This document shows, one piece after another, positions 49,424 through 59,453 of a DNA stretch of 64,000 bases. This DNA comes from Candidatus Eremiobacteria bacterium (GTDB lineage Bacteria; Vulcanimicrobiota; Vulcanimicrobiia; Vulcanimicrobiales; Vulcanimicrobiaceae). A program made the position numbers and the translations under genes. The notes beneath the pieces are model-generated. The model worked only from the letters and a program-made list of their open reading frames with translations, did no database searches and was not told the origin of the DNA. The stretch spans positions 960,001 to 1,024,000 of the forward strand of contig CAVWUU010000004.1 in the NCBI GenBank assembly GCA_963758295.1, written 5' to 3'. Within the stretch, counting starts at the first letter, position 1; each line of letters opens with the position of its first letter.

Positions 49424-50920
49424 CTAATGCTGCTCTACCGGCCGGATTAAGCGTACGCGAGATCCGAAGAAAGCCCTGTCACTTTCGACTTTATAATTAG
49501 AAGCAACGTAGCGCTCGACTGCTCCGCAGCCGAAGCTGATATTAGCTGCCACGCACTCTCCCGCGGTGATGAGCCAAAGGTGTTTGGCCTTCGGAAAAAC
49601 AGCCTGCAGTTGTGCATTACTTTTGACGACGAATCGCGTTACGTCATATCGCGAGAAGTCGACGCCTTCCGGTACGGCGATCACGCGATTGGGCCCGTGA
49701 TAGTAATAGGCGAACGGCAGTGCATTTTCGGCTTGAAAGATTAAAATCGGCTCGCCCGGCGCTTCTCGCGCGCTCAAGTACGAAGTGGAACGGATCCAGT
49801 CACCCGGCTTCGCTAGCGCGTAGTAGGTCTGAATAAGACTGGCTACCGAGACGATCATGGCAAGCGCAAACCAGATCGAAGCAGCTCGCCGATCCAGCGG
49901 GCTACGGAGAAACGTAAATGCGGCAAAGACGGCCAGCATGACTGGAACGAATAGCGAAGCAGCATGGCGGTTGAGGATATGAACGCCGCCGGCGTACGCG
50001 CCTGCCGCGAAGATCAGCACAGCAACCATCAACATCACGACCACCGGCGCACTACCCGATGCATGGAAGAAACGGCGCCCAGCGATGCCGGCGCCCACTG
50101 CCATAACGCTCAGAACGATGTAGAGCACCGTCGCGTGCGGGACGCCTAACGGCAGCACGTATCGCCACAAAATGCTCGCCAGAATCGCGGCCGAATGGAA
50201 AACCGACGGCGGCGGGGCAAAGGCGCCGCGAAAATTTGCCACTTGCGACGGGACGATGATGAGCATCGGCACAAAAAGAATCGCCGCGGCAAATGCCGAT
50301 GCGAAGAATGGGCGCCACGCCGATCGCCGGTAGAGCAGCATCGCTGCTCCTTGCGCCGCTACTAGGAATGCCAAATAGTATTGGGTGTACAGTGCAACGG
50401 CTATGCACAGCGCGTATAACACGGCTGCGCGCGTAGAACGCCGATCCGCGAGAAAACCGTCGAAAAATAGCAGCATGAGCAATGCCGAGAGCAAGATCAC
50501 GAGCGCGTAAACACGCAGCTCGACAGCCGCCCAAATCAGGAATGGATTCCATGCGACGGCGAGAGTAACGAAGCCGAGGTTCCCTTTGGGAATATAGCGC
50601 TTGACAAGAGCCGGAATGAGCGCAACCGTTGCGGCTCCGCATAGAATCGATGAGAGCCGCAGAAAGAACAGATTCTCGCTTAGATGGCGCCAGAAGACCA
50701 TTAACACGAAGTAGAGCGGCGCGTTCTGTTCGAAGGCCAATGCTTCGTGAAACGCATAGCCCACGCCGTGAGCCGTAGACTGTAGCGTGTACGCCTCGTC
50801 TTGCCAAAGATTGAGAACCGCAGCGAGCGGCAGTGTAAGAAGCAAGTTCAGCGATACGGCAATAACCGCGACCGAAGGGCGGCGCACGCCTTCAAGAGCC
50901 AGTCTATCTACTGCAGCCAT
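49424..50920 (-). CDS. GT-C (ArnT/PMT-like, GT39/83) membrane glycosyltransferase
   Basis: LWQDEAYT, APLYF, LRLSS, ELRVYAL and LYTQY motifs; multiple TMs. Confidence 0.8.
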   Translation of the reverse strand: MAAVDRLALEGVRRPSVAVIAVSLNLLLTLPLAAVLNLWQDEAYTLQSTAHGVGYAFHEALAFEQNAPLYFVLMVFWRHLSENLFFLRLSSILCGAATVALIPALVKRYIPKGNLGFVTLAVAWNPFLIWAAVELRVYALVILLSALLMLLFFDGFLADRRSTRAAVLYALCIAVALYTQYYLAFLVAAQGAAMLLYRRSAWRPFFASAFAAAILFVPMLIIVPSQVANFRGAFAPPPSVFHSAAILASILWRYVLPLGVPHATVLYIVLSVMAVGAGIAGRRFFHASGSAPVVVMLMVAVLIFAAGAYAGGVHILNRHAASLFVPVMLAVFAAFTFLRSPLDRRAASIWFALAMIVSVASLIQTYYALAKPGDWIRSTSYLSAREAPGEPILIFQAENALPFAYYYHGPNRVIAVPEGVDFSRYDVTRFVVKSNAQLQAVFPKAKHLWLITAGECVAANISFGCGAVERYVASNYKVESDRAFFGSRVRLIRPVEQH

Positions 50921-51004
50921 TTAAGCAATTGTACGACGGCATTCCCAGGTCGAGAGCGTGCAAATGGACTGGATGCGTACCCTGGAAGTCCCGGGCGGTT
51001 TTCT

Positions 51005-51018
51005 AGGCCCTAAGTCCG
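51005..51018. promoter_or_regulatory. DosR-box-like palindrome in the divergent GT-C promoter
   Basis: AGGCC-CTAA-GTCCG, with a GTCCC half-site at 50988-50992. Confidence 0.4.
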
Positions 51019-51073
51019 CAAAGGCGGTCTTCCGTCTCTCGTGTCGCAATCATTGCTACCGTACAGTTGCTGT

Positions 51074-52519
51074 ATGCGCAAGCGTTCTTTGCCCATCGCC
51101 TTTCTTGGCGTGTCTTTCGCGCTTGTCTTAGTTGCGGTTTTCTTAGCGCTTCGCGGCGTTCCGGAACACCAAAGCTTTAAAGCCTTTTATTGCGCCGGGT
51201 CGACGATCTCAGAACGCCAGGATCCCTACCTCGTCGAGCCGCTCCGGACGTGCGAGCGCCGTGTGTCGAACAACGCGATGACGGCCAATTTGGTGGAACC
51301 CGCTCCGCTGCCGGGCTATGCAGTGCTGCCGTTTGTGGTTCTCGCAAAGCTGCCGCCCGTATCCGCGGCCATCGTTTTTTCCGCTGGATTGGCGGTTGCA
51401 GTAAGTCTCTGCGCGCTCATGCTCGGATCGATGCTGAGGCGATCCGCCGCAGCAATTCTTCTGGTTCTCTGCCCTTTAGCGATCCTAAATGCCGCTTACG
51501 GCGAAATCGCACCTTATGCGCTCCTAGCGCTATGTGCCGCGGCCTACTTCTTGATGAAAGAGCGCTGGGTTGCGGCAGCCATCGCGGTATGCTGCGCACT
51601 GCTTCAACCGAACGTCGCGTTGCCGTCCGTTCTCGCGGTCTTCGTTTTTGCGCCACGCACGCGCGTGCCTATCGCTATTTGCTGCGCCGTTCTCGCCGCA
51701 GTGAGCGTCGGTACGCTCGGATTTGCGCGCAACATCGAGTACGTTACGGCAGTCTTGCCGCTTCAGGCCTATTCTGAGCTGGTTGCGAACGACCAATACA
51801 GCTTGAGCCGGATTTTGTTCGTAGCCGGCGTTTCTTCGGAAGGCGCGATGCTGATCTCAAGGATCGCATACGCAGCGGCTGCTCTTATCAGCGTGGCGCT
51901 TTCCGGCATGCTTGCCGCTCGGTGGAAAAGCGCATCTCTCTTGGCGCTTCTCCCGGCGGCCCTTATCTTGACCGGCGGTATTTACGTTCACGATATTCAA
52001 CTGCTCTTCGCCGTCCCGGCAGCGCTCTTGATTTGGTCGCGCGTGCGGGGGACGTCGTACGCGCCGCTCGCAATTGCATCGTTGCTGATGCTGGTCAACG
52101 TTTGGTCTCAGCGCGCCGGGCGCGCCTCGTTGGCCGTTGACGCCGTCGCAGCAGCCGCGGTCATCGCAATCGTGGTTCGCGGGCCGATCGTACGCCGCTT
52201 CGCGCTGATGACGACAGCGGCTATAGCGATGATCGGATGCATGGTGCTTCTCCAAAAGATAGAGCCGCCTGCAGCGGGCGAGATCGCGTCGGCGGCATTT
52301 TCTGCGCCGGCCACTGAACTCGCGCCCATTGCTTGGGCGGCCTACTTACGCGCTACGCCGGAGCTGATGCGTGTTGAGTTCGCACTCAAGACTCCAACGT
52401 ATATTGCTCTATTATTTCTTTACGTTGTGGCGATCGGAGCTTCCGTTCGCGACAAAACGAATTTGCTTACGCTAGACCGTGACGAATCGCGTGCACCGCC
52501 GCTTGCGACCGGGTCGTGA
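51074..52519 (+). CDS. GT87/DUF2029-like membrane glycosyltransferase
   Basis: FKAFYCAG..QDPY, PLPGY and HD motifs; about 12 TM segments. Confidence 0.65.
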   Translation: MRKRSLPIAFLGVSFALVLVAVFLALRGVPEHQSFKAFYCAGSTISERQDPYLVEPLRTCERRVSNNAMTANLVEPAPLPGYAVLPFVVLAKLPPVSAAIVFSAGLAVAVSLCALMLGSMLRRSAAAILLVLCPLAILNAAYGEIAPYALLALCAAAYFLMKERWVAAAIAVCCALLQPNVALPSVLAVFVFAPRTRVPIAICCAVLAAVSVGTLGFARNIEYVTAVLPLQAYSELVANDQYSLSRILFVAGVSSEGAMLISRIAYAAAALISVALSGMLAARWKSASLLALLPAALILTGGIYVHDIQLLFAVPAALLIWSRVRGTSYAPLAIASLLMLVNVWSQRAGRASLAVDAVAAAAVIAIVVRGPIVRRFALMTTAAIAMIGCMVLLQKIEPPAAGEIASAAFSAPATELAPIAWAAYLRATPELMRVEFALKTPTYIALLFLYVVAIGASVRDKTNLLTLDRDESRAPPLATGS

Positions 52520-53099
52520 AGTTCAACTTCGAAAAGATGTGACTGACATGGTTCTTCACGGTCTTCTCGGAGAGGATGAGTCGCGCTCCGATATCGCGAT
52601 TCGACAATCCCTGCGCGATCAAACGAATGATTTCCGTCTCGCGCGGAGAGAGCTGATTCGCGCTGGGCTTGCTCGCCGAGATGCGGCGGCGGAAAAACGC
52701 CGCTGCCACGCGAGGATCGACGTAGTTCGCCCCTTCACCGACGGTTTTGATGGCCGTAATTAACTCTTGAAGCGATGAGTCCTTAACGATATACGCATCG
52801 GCACCTGCGGAGAGACAGTGTTGCAGAAACTCCGGCTGCGTATGCATCGATAGGGCGCAGATCCGGGCGGAGGGTGCCCGGGCCTTGAGGTGTTCCACGA
52901 TGTCGTCGATGTCATCGTTGTCGATATCGATTACGACGACGTCGGGCTGCTCTTTCATCAGAGCCTGAGACTCAACGTCGGCGGTGATGCCGATGACGCG
53001 CACGCCCGGGTCCGATGAGAGCGCCTGGGCGACGGCTTTGCCAAAAAGCAGTTGCTTCTCGACGATGCATACGCTAAGCGGCCTATGTGTAACGTTCAT
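52467..53099 (-). CDS. NarL/LuxR-family response regulator with an atypical receiver (paralog of 27125..27769)
   Basis: IVEKQ, VIDIDN and AYIVKD, plus LSPRETEIIRLIAQGLSNRDIGARLILSEKTVKNHVS. Confidence 0.9.
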   Translation of the reverse strand: MNVTHRPLSVCIVEKQLLFGKAVAQALSSDPGVRVIGITADVESQALMKEQPDVVVIDIDNDDIDDIVEHLKARAPSARICALSMHTQPEFLQHCLSAGADAYIVKDSSLQELITAIKTVGEGANYVDPRVAAAFFRRRISASKPSANQLSPRETEIIRLIAQGLSNRDIGARLILSEKTVKNHVSHIFSKLNFTTRSQAAVHAIRHGLA

Positions 53100-53278
53100 T
53101 GCAGTGCCAACCCTTGTAAATATCAAGCGTAAAAGCACGCCTCGGCGCGTCCCAAAAAGGCACACCGAGCCGACCAGAAGCGCACGGCCCACTCGCGCTC
53201 GTAGGTTTTGGAACGCCCCTCACCCGGCGCGGTCATTTCCTAATTTAGATTTAACGATTGACACGGGTCTACAGACAA

Positions 53279-53327
53279 GGGGCTTAGGTACTGGGCCGAA
53301 CGGCCGGGCACTTAGGACGAATGCCGC
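53279..53327. promoter_or_regulatory. Three DosR-box-like sites upstream of the second regulator
   Basis: GGGGC-TTAG-GTACT (53279), GGGCC-GAAC-GGCCG (53293) and AGGAC-GAAT-GCCGC (53314). Confidence 0.5.
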
Positions 53328-53331
53328 TCTT

Positions 53332-56300
53332 TTAATGAATCCAGGGCGCCCATGGGGTTCGGGGCGATGCTCGATGTGCCGGTCGGACGGAGTGGCTGGA
53401 TTTTACGACGCGTTTTTGTATTGCAGTTGCTTGCGCCGGCAGCGCAAACGCGGTGATTGTGCCATCCGCCGCACCGACGAAGACCGTTCCGCTATCGATT
53501 ACCGCACCTACATTTCCCCAACTCGAAAGAGCGAAGCTCCACAGCTGTGAGCCGGTTGCTGCGTTGAACGCGTACTGTGTATCGCCCGTGTAGTTCGCCA
53601 CATAGACGACCCCGTTGGCTATTGAGATCGGCGAACGGGGAGCCTGCACCGAGGCAGTGCCGGCCGGTCCGAAGTTCGCACTCCATACCGGCGTAGGATT
53701 CAGCGTGCAATTCGCCTGCATGCTGAAGGCTGCAAGCCCCGGTTGATAGATGCCTTGCATCGACGGCAAACCGACATACATGTAATTTGTCGCCGGATCG
53801 TAGGCGGGCACGCCGGAGAAGCCCGCTTCGTCACTCGTAACGGACATCTGGATGTATTGCACGGGACCCGAACCGATCGAGGATCGGTCGTAAACCTCAA
53901 GCATCCCTGATTTGTTCATCGCTGCAAGCATCGCGGGACAACCGGCAGGCTCGAACAACAACGGCGTCGCGCCGAAATCGAAATCGTCATATCCCGCCGG
54001 CGCCGGGATATTTTCCGGGTAGTTGTTCGCAATAATGCCCAGCGTTGGCGACAGCTCCACGACCTGTTCGGCATACGTCGCGTTCTGCGCCGCGCCGCTG
54101 GTCGTGTCGGCATTACCTGTAGCAACGAATACGTCATTCGTCGCGGGATCGATCGATGCACCTCCCGGCCCCCAAATGCCACCACCGCTGGCGCCCTGTG
54201 TCGAAGTGCCGGTCATCGTGTAAAACGTACCGCTGATGCTCGGCCCGCTAGTGTTGATCGCCACGATCCGTCCGTACCAGGGCGAAATGTCGCACGTCGA
54301 ACCGGTTACGGCATAGAGCATCCCGTTAGAAGGATTGTAGGTAAGGCCGCCGTGCATAAAATTATGGTCGGGCGTATAGTTTGCAATCGTGATCGGCCAT
54401 CCGCCGGCCTCTTTCCCGGTGGCGAGATCGACGGCGTGGACTTGATTTATGCCGTCCGAAAAGTACAACCGGTTTTTGCCGCGGTCGATCGCCGGTGTTT
54501 CTCCAATTCCAAATGTGGACGCTGACGTTCCGCAATTATAGCTGGAAGTCGGCACCGCGTCTTGCCATACGATTGCGCTTGTCGCCGTGTTGATGGCGTA
54601 CATCGTTGCGCCGTACTGCGAGCCGGCGTAGAGAATGTTGGTCAATTGGCCGCTCACGTTTACATTGTTCGCAAGGACAGGCTCGTGCACCATACTGGAA
54701 CCGACGTTGAACGTCCAAGCCTGCTTCAGCGTGCTGACGTTAGATATTCCGACCGTCGACTCGACCGGATTGTAACCGGTCCGCTGCAAGTCAAAGCCGA
54801 ACGATAGCCAGTCGGCCGCCGGCGGCGTTGGACTGCCTGCCGGCGTCGACGACACGCCTGAAGTTCCCGCAGTGTAGTGATTTTGAATTTGCGCCGCGCT
54901 CAGCGTTTTGCCGGCATACACGGCAACTTCGTCGATGGACCCCTTGAAAGCTGGATCGCTCAGACCCGCGTCATCGCCGATCGTAAGCCCGTACCCGGCC
55001 GTATAGTCCGCAAGCGTGCCGGTCTTCGCGCCGCTTGCAACCAGCACCCCGTTTACGTAAAGGCGGCCCGTCGTGCCATCGTACGTCGAGGCAACGTAGT
55101 AAACTTTGTTAGCCGCAAGCGCCGTTGGTGAAGGGACTTCCAAGACGCCGCTGGAGAGATAGAATTGTGCAACGAGCTGTCCGCCGGTGCGAAAGAACAG
55201 CGAATACGGCGCGTATGAAAAGTCGGTGCCATATGCGACGAGCGTCGTGTAGACCGGCGGAGTTGTTGCGAACTTTAGCCATGCTTCCAAAGAAACGGTT
55301 GTTGATGGTTGCAGCGCGCTGCTTTGTTTGACGGAGATAATACCTGCACTTGAAGCGGTGCCCGGGAACCCCATCGAGGATCCCGTGCTCGCAGGCAACA
55401 GCGATGCACCGCCTTTAGTAACGGACGACCCGATTGTGCCGTTGTATCCGTGCCCGGTCTTATCGGTTGCGAGCGTCCCGGTGTCGTCGAGTTCGTAAAA
55501 GGCGGACGGCGCGTCGGCGAGCACGATGCTTCCGTACTGGCCACTAACAATCGGGGTCGGCGTCGGTGCGGGACTGGGACTAGCGCTCGGGCTTGGAGTT
55601 GGCGTCGTTACACTGCCGCCCGTCCCGGCGTTGTAGTGATTCAGCACTTGCGCCGCCGTTAACACCGTCCCGGCGTAAATCGCGACTTCGTCCACCGTAC
55701 CGGCGTACGTGGGATCCGTCAGCGCTGTATCGTCGCCGATACCAACGCCGAAGTTCGGCGTGTAGTTGGTAAGCGATCCGGTCTTGGCGCCCGTTGCAAC
55801 TTGAACGCCGTTCACATACAAGCGTCCCGTCGTTCCATCGAACGTCGAGACGACGTGGTATGTGGTATTTACTGCGAGTTTTGAAGGGGCCGCAACTTCG
55901 AGCACGCCGGCGGTCGTATAAAATTGCGCGACGAGCGCACCGCCGGCTCGGAAGAATAAATCGTATGGTGCATAGAGTCCGTCGCTGCCATACGAAACGG
56001 CGGCGGCGTATGTCGTAGGCACAGACGCAAAGCGGATCCAGGCTTCTACGGAAACCGCCGAAGCCGGTTGCAGCTTAGTGTTCTTCGGCACCGTCACGAT
56101 CGCTGCCGACGTCGCCGAACCTCCGGGAAACGCCATAGCCGTATCGGAAGTCGACGATAGCAAGCTCGGAGCGCTTTTCGTCACCGACGCGCCGATGGCG
56201 CCGTTGATGCCGTTGCCGCTGCTATCAGCAGCGGTGCTCCCGGTGTCGTCAAGGCGATAGTAGGCAGTTGGGCTGTCAGCGAGCACGATCGTCGCGTAAT

Positions 56301-56430
56301 CCGCGCCGTTGGCCAGAGTGGACCGACGCTCTAGCGGCGGCAATCCGCTTCCGCCTCCGTGTCCTCCACAAGAAGAAACAGCAGCTGTCCCGGCAACTGC
56401 CAGAAGCAACGCACGCCATGTTGCTCGCAT
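53332..56430 (-). CDS. Large lipoprotein: two LamG/ConA-like domains + PQQ-like beta-propeller
   Basis: Lipobox VSSC; duplicated ~220-aa module (STFDGTTGRLYVNG / STYDGTTGRLYVNG); DWLSFGFDLQRTGYNP, GGGIWGPGG and DFDFGATP motifs. Confidence 0.8.
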   Translation of the reverse strand: MRATWRALLLAVAGTAAVSSCGGHGGGSGLPPLERRSTLANGADYATIVLADSPTAYYRLDDTGSTAADSSGNGINGAIGASVTKSAPSLLSSTSDTAMAFPGGSATSAAIVTVPKNTKLQPASAVSVEAWIRFASVPTTYAAAVSYGSDGLYAPYDLFFRAGGALVAQFYTTAGVLEVAAPSKLAVNTTYHVVSTFDGTTGRLYVNGVQVATGAKTGSLTNYTPNFGVGIGDDTALTDPTYAGTVDEVAIYAGTVLTAAQVLNHYNAGTGGSVTTPTPSPSASPSPAPTPTPIVSGQYGSIVLADAPSAFYELDDTGTLATDKTGHGYNGTIGSSVTKGGASLLPASTGSSMGFPGTASSAGIISVKQSSALQPSTTVSLEAWLKFATTPPVYTTLVAYGTDFSYAPYSLFFRTGGQLVAQFYLSSGVLEVPSPTALAANKVYYVASTYDGTTGRLYVNGVLVASGAKTGTLADYTAGYGLTIGDDAGLSDPAFKGSIDEVAVYAGKTLSAAQIQNHYTAGTSGVSSTPAGSPTPPAADWLSFGFDLQRTGYNPVESTVGISNVSTLKQAWTFNVGSSMVHEPVLANNVNVSGQLTNILYAGSQYGATMYAINTATSAIVWQDAVPTSSYNCGTSASTFGIGETPAIDRGKNRLYFSDGINQVHAVDLATGKEAGGWPITIANYTPDHNFMHGGLTYNPSNGMLYAVTGSTCDISPWYGRIVAINTSGPSISGTFYTMTGTSTQGASGGGIWGPGGASIDPATNDVFVATGNADTTSGAAQNATYAEQVVELSPTLGIIANNYPENIPAPAGYDDFDFGATPLLFEPAGCPAMLAAMNKSGMLEVYDRSSIGSGPVQYIQMSVTSDEAGFSGVPAYDPATNYMYVGLPSMQGIYQPGLAAFSMQANCTLNPTPVWSANFGPAGTASVQAPRSPISIANGVVYVANYTGDTQYAFNAATGSQLWSFALSSWGNVGAVIDSGTVFVGAADGTITAFALPAQATAIQKRVVKSSHSVRPAHRASPRTPWAPWIH

Positions 56431-56489
56431 AATAAATTTAGCGTAGGAGTCGCTTCTACGCGTTGGCAGAGCATTGCGTCGCGTATTCT

Positions 56490-56503
56490 GGGACGAAGGA
56501 CCT
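56490..56503. promoter_or_regulatory. DosR-box-like palindrome upstream of the LamG-PQQ gene
   Basis: GGGAC-GAAG-GACCT. Confidence 0.5.
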
Positions 56504-56532
56504 AGTTATGAATTGAACGGTGTGCCGAATGT

Positions 56533-57258
56533 TTATTCGCTTAGATACGTGAGCACCGAAACAACGAATAAGGCCGCGGTTTCGGTTCGAAGAATGCGCT
56601 CGCCGAGCGAGATCACGAACGCGCCGTCGTGCTGGGCCGACTCCGTTTCGTGATGCGAAAAGCCGCCTTCAGGGCCAATGACGACAAGCACGCGCTTGGC
56701 ATTGTGCACCTTCGGTGGCAGCGCCTCGCGCAACGGCGTGCGATCCGCGACTTCCCACGGAAACAGTACTGCGTCGTACGAATCAAAGCGCTCGCGTAAG
56801 CGCGGGAACGAAAGCGTCGCTTCGATTCGTGCAACGTCTCGACGTCCGCTCTGCTGCGCCGCAGCCTCCGCAATGCGGCGCCAGCGCTCGAGCTTGCCGT
56901 CGTTGGCCCTCGCGATGCACCGTTCGCTTTCAAACGGCAAAATCGCCGAGACCCCGAGTTCGCTCAGCTTCTCAACGATAAAGTCCATCTTCTGGCCCTT
57001 GGGCACGGCCTGCGCGACATCGATTTGCAGACCGGTTTGCGGTTCGCCGGCGCGGCCGTCGTGCAGACGGGCGCAGACCTCAATGTCTTCAATTTCCAAC
57101 ACGCCTCGAAATACCGTTGCCGACGAGTCGACAATTTCAACGGCGTCGCCGCTTTTCAGGCGCAAGACGCGAAGGATCTTGCGAGCGTCTTTTCCCGCAA
57201 CCGGGACGACGTCGCCGTCTACGTGGGTGCCCTCGACGAAGAAACGGCGGGCCGGCAC
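56533..57258 (-). CDS. rsmE: 16S rRNA m3U1498 methyltransferase
   Basis: RVLRL, KMDFIVEKLSELG, IGPEGGFS and LGERILRTETA motifs. Confidence 0.93.
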   Translation of the reverse strand: MPARRFFVEGTHVDGDVVPVAGKDARKILRVLRLKSGDAVEIVDSSATVFRGVLEIEDIEVCARLHDGRAGEPQTGLQIDVAQAVPKGQKMDFIVEKLSELGVSAILPFESERCIARANDGKLERWRRIAEAAAQQSGRRDVARIEATLSFPRLRERFDSYDAVLFPWEVADRTPLREALPPKVHNAKRVLVVIGPEGGFSHHETESAQHDGAFVISLGERILRTETAALFVVSVLTYLSE

Positions 57259-58379
57259 TATTCGGGCCGGAACGCTTCTTTCACGCGATCGAAGAAGCTC
57301 TTCTCCTCAATGCTGTCGCCGCCGGCGCGTGCATATTCTTCGAGCAGTTCGCGTTGACGCTTCGTGAGCTTCGTGGGAATCGCGACATGGATCGTAACGT
57401 GGTGATCGCCGCGTTGCGTACCGCGTACGCTAGGCATTCCGTGTCCGCGTAAACGGAGTGTGGTACCCGACTGCGTTCCAGGCGGAACGGTCAACGCGAT
57501 CTCGCCTTCGAGCGACGGCACGTTGAAGATTGCGCCGAGCGCCGCTTGCGGGAAACTGAGCGGAACGTCGATGTACGTGTCCAAGCCGTCGCGCCTGAAA
57601 AGCGGATGCGGCGCAATGGTGAGGTACACGTAGAGATCGCCCGCTGAACCACCGCGGATCCCGGCTTCGCCATTTCCGCCGATTCGAATGCGCGAGCCGT
57701 CGTCGACGCCTGCGGGAACCTTTACCGTGAGCTTCCGCTCGACTTCGTGACGCCCCCGGCCGTTACACGTAACACACGGTTGCGAAATGACGTGGCCTTC
57801 GCCGTTGCACTTGGAACACGTGGTTTGCGTGACGAACTGCCCGAGCGGCGTCTGGCGAACGGTGCGCATGATGCCCGAGCCGGCGCAACGATCGCAGGGA
57901 ACGACAAGCGAACCGGGTTGCGCGCCCGAGCCTTTACACGTTTCACACTGCGCGAGATGCGAGAATTGAATCTCTTTCGTCGTGCCCGAAAACGCTTCGT
58001 CCAGCGTGATTTCGAGATCGTAGCGCAGATCGGATCCGCGTTGCGGGCCGTTGCGGCGAGGCTGCTGCGTTCGCATCTCGCCGAAAAACATGTCGAAGAT
58101 GTCGCCGAATCCGGCGCCTCCAAAACCGTTGAATCCGAAATCGGCGCCTGCACCGGCCCCGTTTACCGAGCCGAAACGATCGTATTGCGCGCGTTTCTGC
58201 GGGTCGGAGAGCACCTCGTACGCTTCGTTGATTTCCTTGAAGCGATGCTCCGCCTCCACTTTGTCGGATGCAACGTCGGGATGATGCTTCCGTGCGAGCG
58301 TGCGGTACGCATGTTTAATGTCGTCAGCGGACGCTTCTCGCGCGACGCCGAGGACTTCGTAGTAATCCTTGGTGGGCAT
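57258..58379 (-). CDS. dnaJ: Chaperone DnaJ
   Basis: J-domain HPD, G/F region and four CxxCxGxG repeats. Confidence 0.96.
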   Translation of the reverse strand: MPTKDYYEVLGVAREASADDIKHAYRTLARKHHPDVASDKVEAEHRFKEINEAYEVLSDPQKRAQYDRFGSVNGAGAGADFGFNGFGGAGFGDIFDMFFGEMRTQQPRRNGPQRGSDLRYDLEITLDEAFSGTTKEIQFSHLAQCETCKGSGAQPGSLVVPCDRCAGSGIMRTVRQTPLGQFVTQTTCSKCNGEGHVISQPCVTCNGRGRHEVERKLTVKVPAGVDDGSRIRIGGNGEAGIRGGSAGDLYVYLTIAPHPLFRRDGLDTYIDVPLSFPQAALGAIFNVPSLEGEIALTVPPGTQSGTTLRLRGHGMPSVRGTQRGDHHVTIHVAIPTKLTKRQRELLEEYARAGGDSIEEKSFFDRVKEAFRPE

Positions 58380-58400
58380 TTAGTACGTATCGAGCTTTCG

Positions 58401-59447
58401 TTATTTGATTTCGACGTCGGAGAGTCGTTCGGATAAGGTTTCGGCCGTTCCGGATGCGAGCGCCAGGAGCCTGGCGTACGGCATGCGGCGGGGGCCTAGG
58501 ATTGAGAGCATGCCCATTGCATGCTCGCCGAAACGATACGGCACGGTGACGACGGAAAGGTCGGAAAGCTCGTCTACGCCGAGTTCCTGGCCGATTTTTA
58601 CACTCGCCGCATCGACGTTGACCGCATCGGCAACCAAATCGTACAACGTCTTCTGCTCTTCGACGATGCGTAAGATCGAACGGACCTTCCGTAAATCGTG
58701 GAACTCCGGCTGATCGAGCAGGTTCTGCGCGCCTGCCGCGGCTACGGTGGGGGCTTCGTTCGATCGAGCGCTACGCAAGGCAGCAAGCACCGCATCACGC
58801 AACTCATCGGCAAGCTTCAACTCGCTGATGACCGCCGCGACTTCCGAGTCTGGAATTTCGCGGAGTAACTGATGCGATAACCGGGAGTTCAGGCCGTTCG
58901 AGAGCCGCGTTAGGGCATCGGCCTCGATGTCGTGTTGCAATTCAAAGAGGGTCTGAGCCGCGACACCGAGCGATGTGACGACGATCGCCACGCCGGTTCG
59001 CGGTGAGAGCCAAATCAACTGAATGTGTTTGAAGCTCTGCGTATCGGTCTGAGGTTTGGTTACGAAAGCCAAATTGTTCGAGAGGCGTCCAAGCAGGCGT
59101 GTGGCCTGCTCGATGATTTCATCAAGCTCCCGGCTCACGTCGCGCAGCTCCTCACGAATACGCCGCCGATCGTCGTGCGCTAGCTGTTCCGGCGCCATGA
59201 GCTGATCGACGTACGTACGATAGCCGGCGTCCGAGGGAATCCGCCCGGCGGACGTGTGCGGTTGAACCAAGTAGCCGCCGGCTTCGAGTTCCGCCATCTC
59301 GTTTCGCACGGTGGCCGAGCTGACGCCGAGGTTATACTTCTGCGTGAGGGTATTCGAGCCGACGGGCTCCGCCGTCGCAATGTACTCGTACACCACCGTC
59401 GCTAGGATGTAGGCCTTCCGCTTATCGAGACCGCCCTCGCCCCTCAT
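58401..59447 (-). CDS. hrcA: Heat-inducible transcription repressor
   Basis: EPVGS, SSATVRNEM, QPHTSAGRIPSDAGYR and GPRRMPY motifs. Confidence 0.95.
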   Translation of the reverse strand: MRGEGGLDKRKAYILATVVYEYIATAEPVGSNTLTQKYNLGVSSATVRNEMAELEAGGYLVQPHTSAGRIPSDAGYRTYVDQLMAPEQLAHDDRRRIREELRDVSRELDEIIEQATRLLGRLSNNLAFVTKPQTDTQSFKHIQLIWLSPRTGVAIVVTSLGVAAQTLFELQHDIEADALTRLSNGLNSRLSHQLLREIPDSEVAAVISELKLADELRDAVLAALRSARSNEAPTVAAAGAQNLLDQPEFHDLRKVRSILRIVEEQKTLYDLVADAVNVDAASVKIGQELGVDELSDLSVVTVPYRFGEHAMGMLSILGPRRMPYARLLALASGTAETLSERLSDVEIK

Positions 59448-59453
59448 AGCCTC

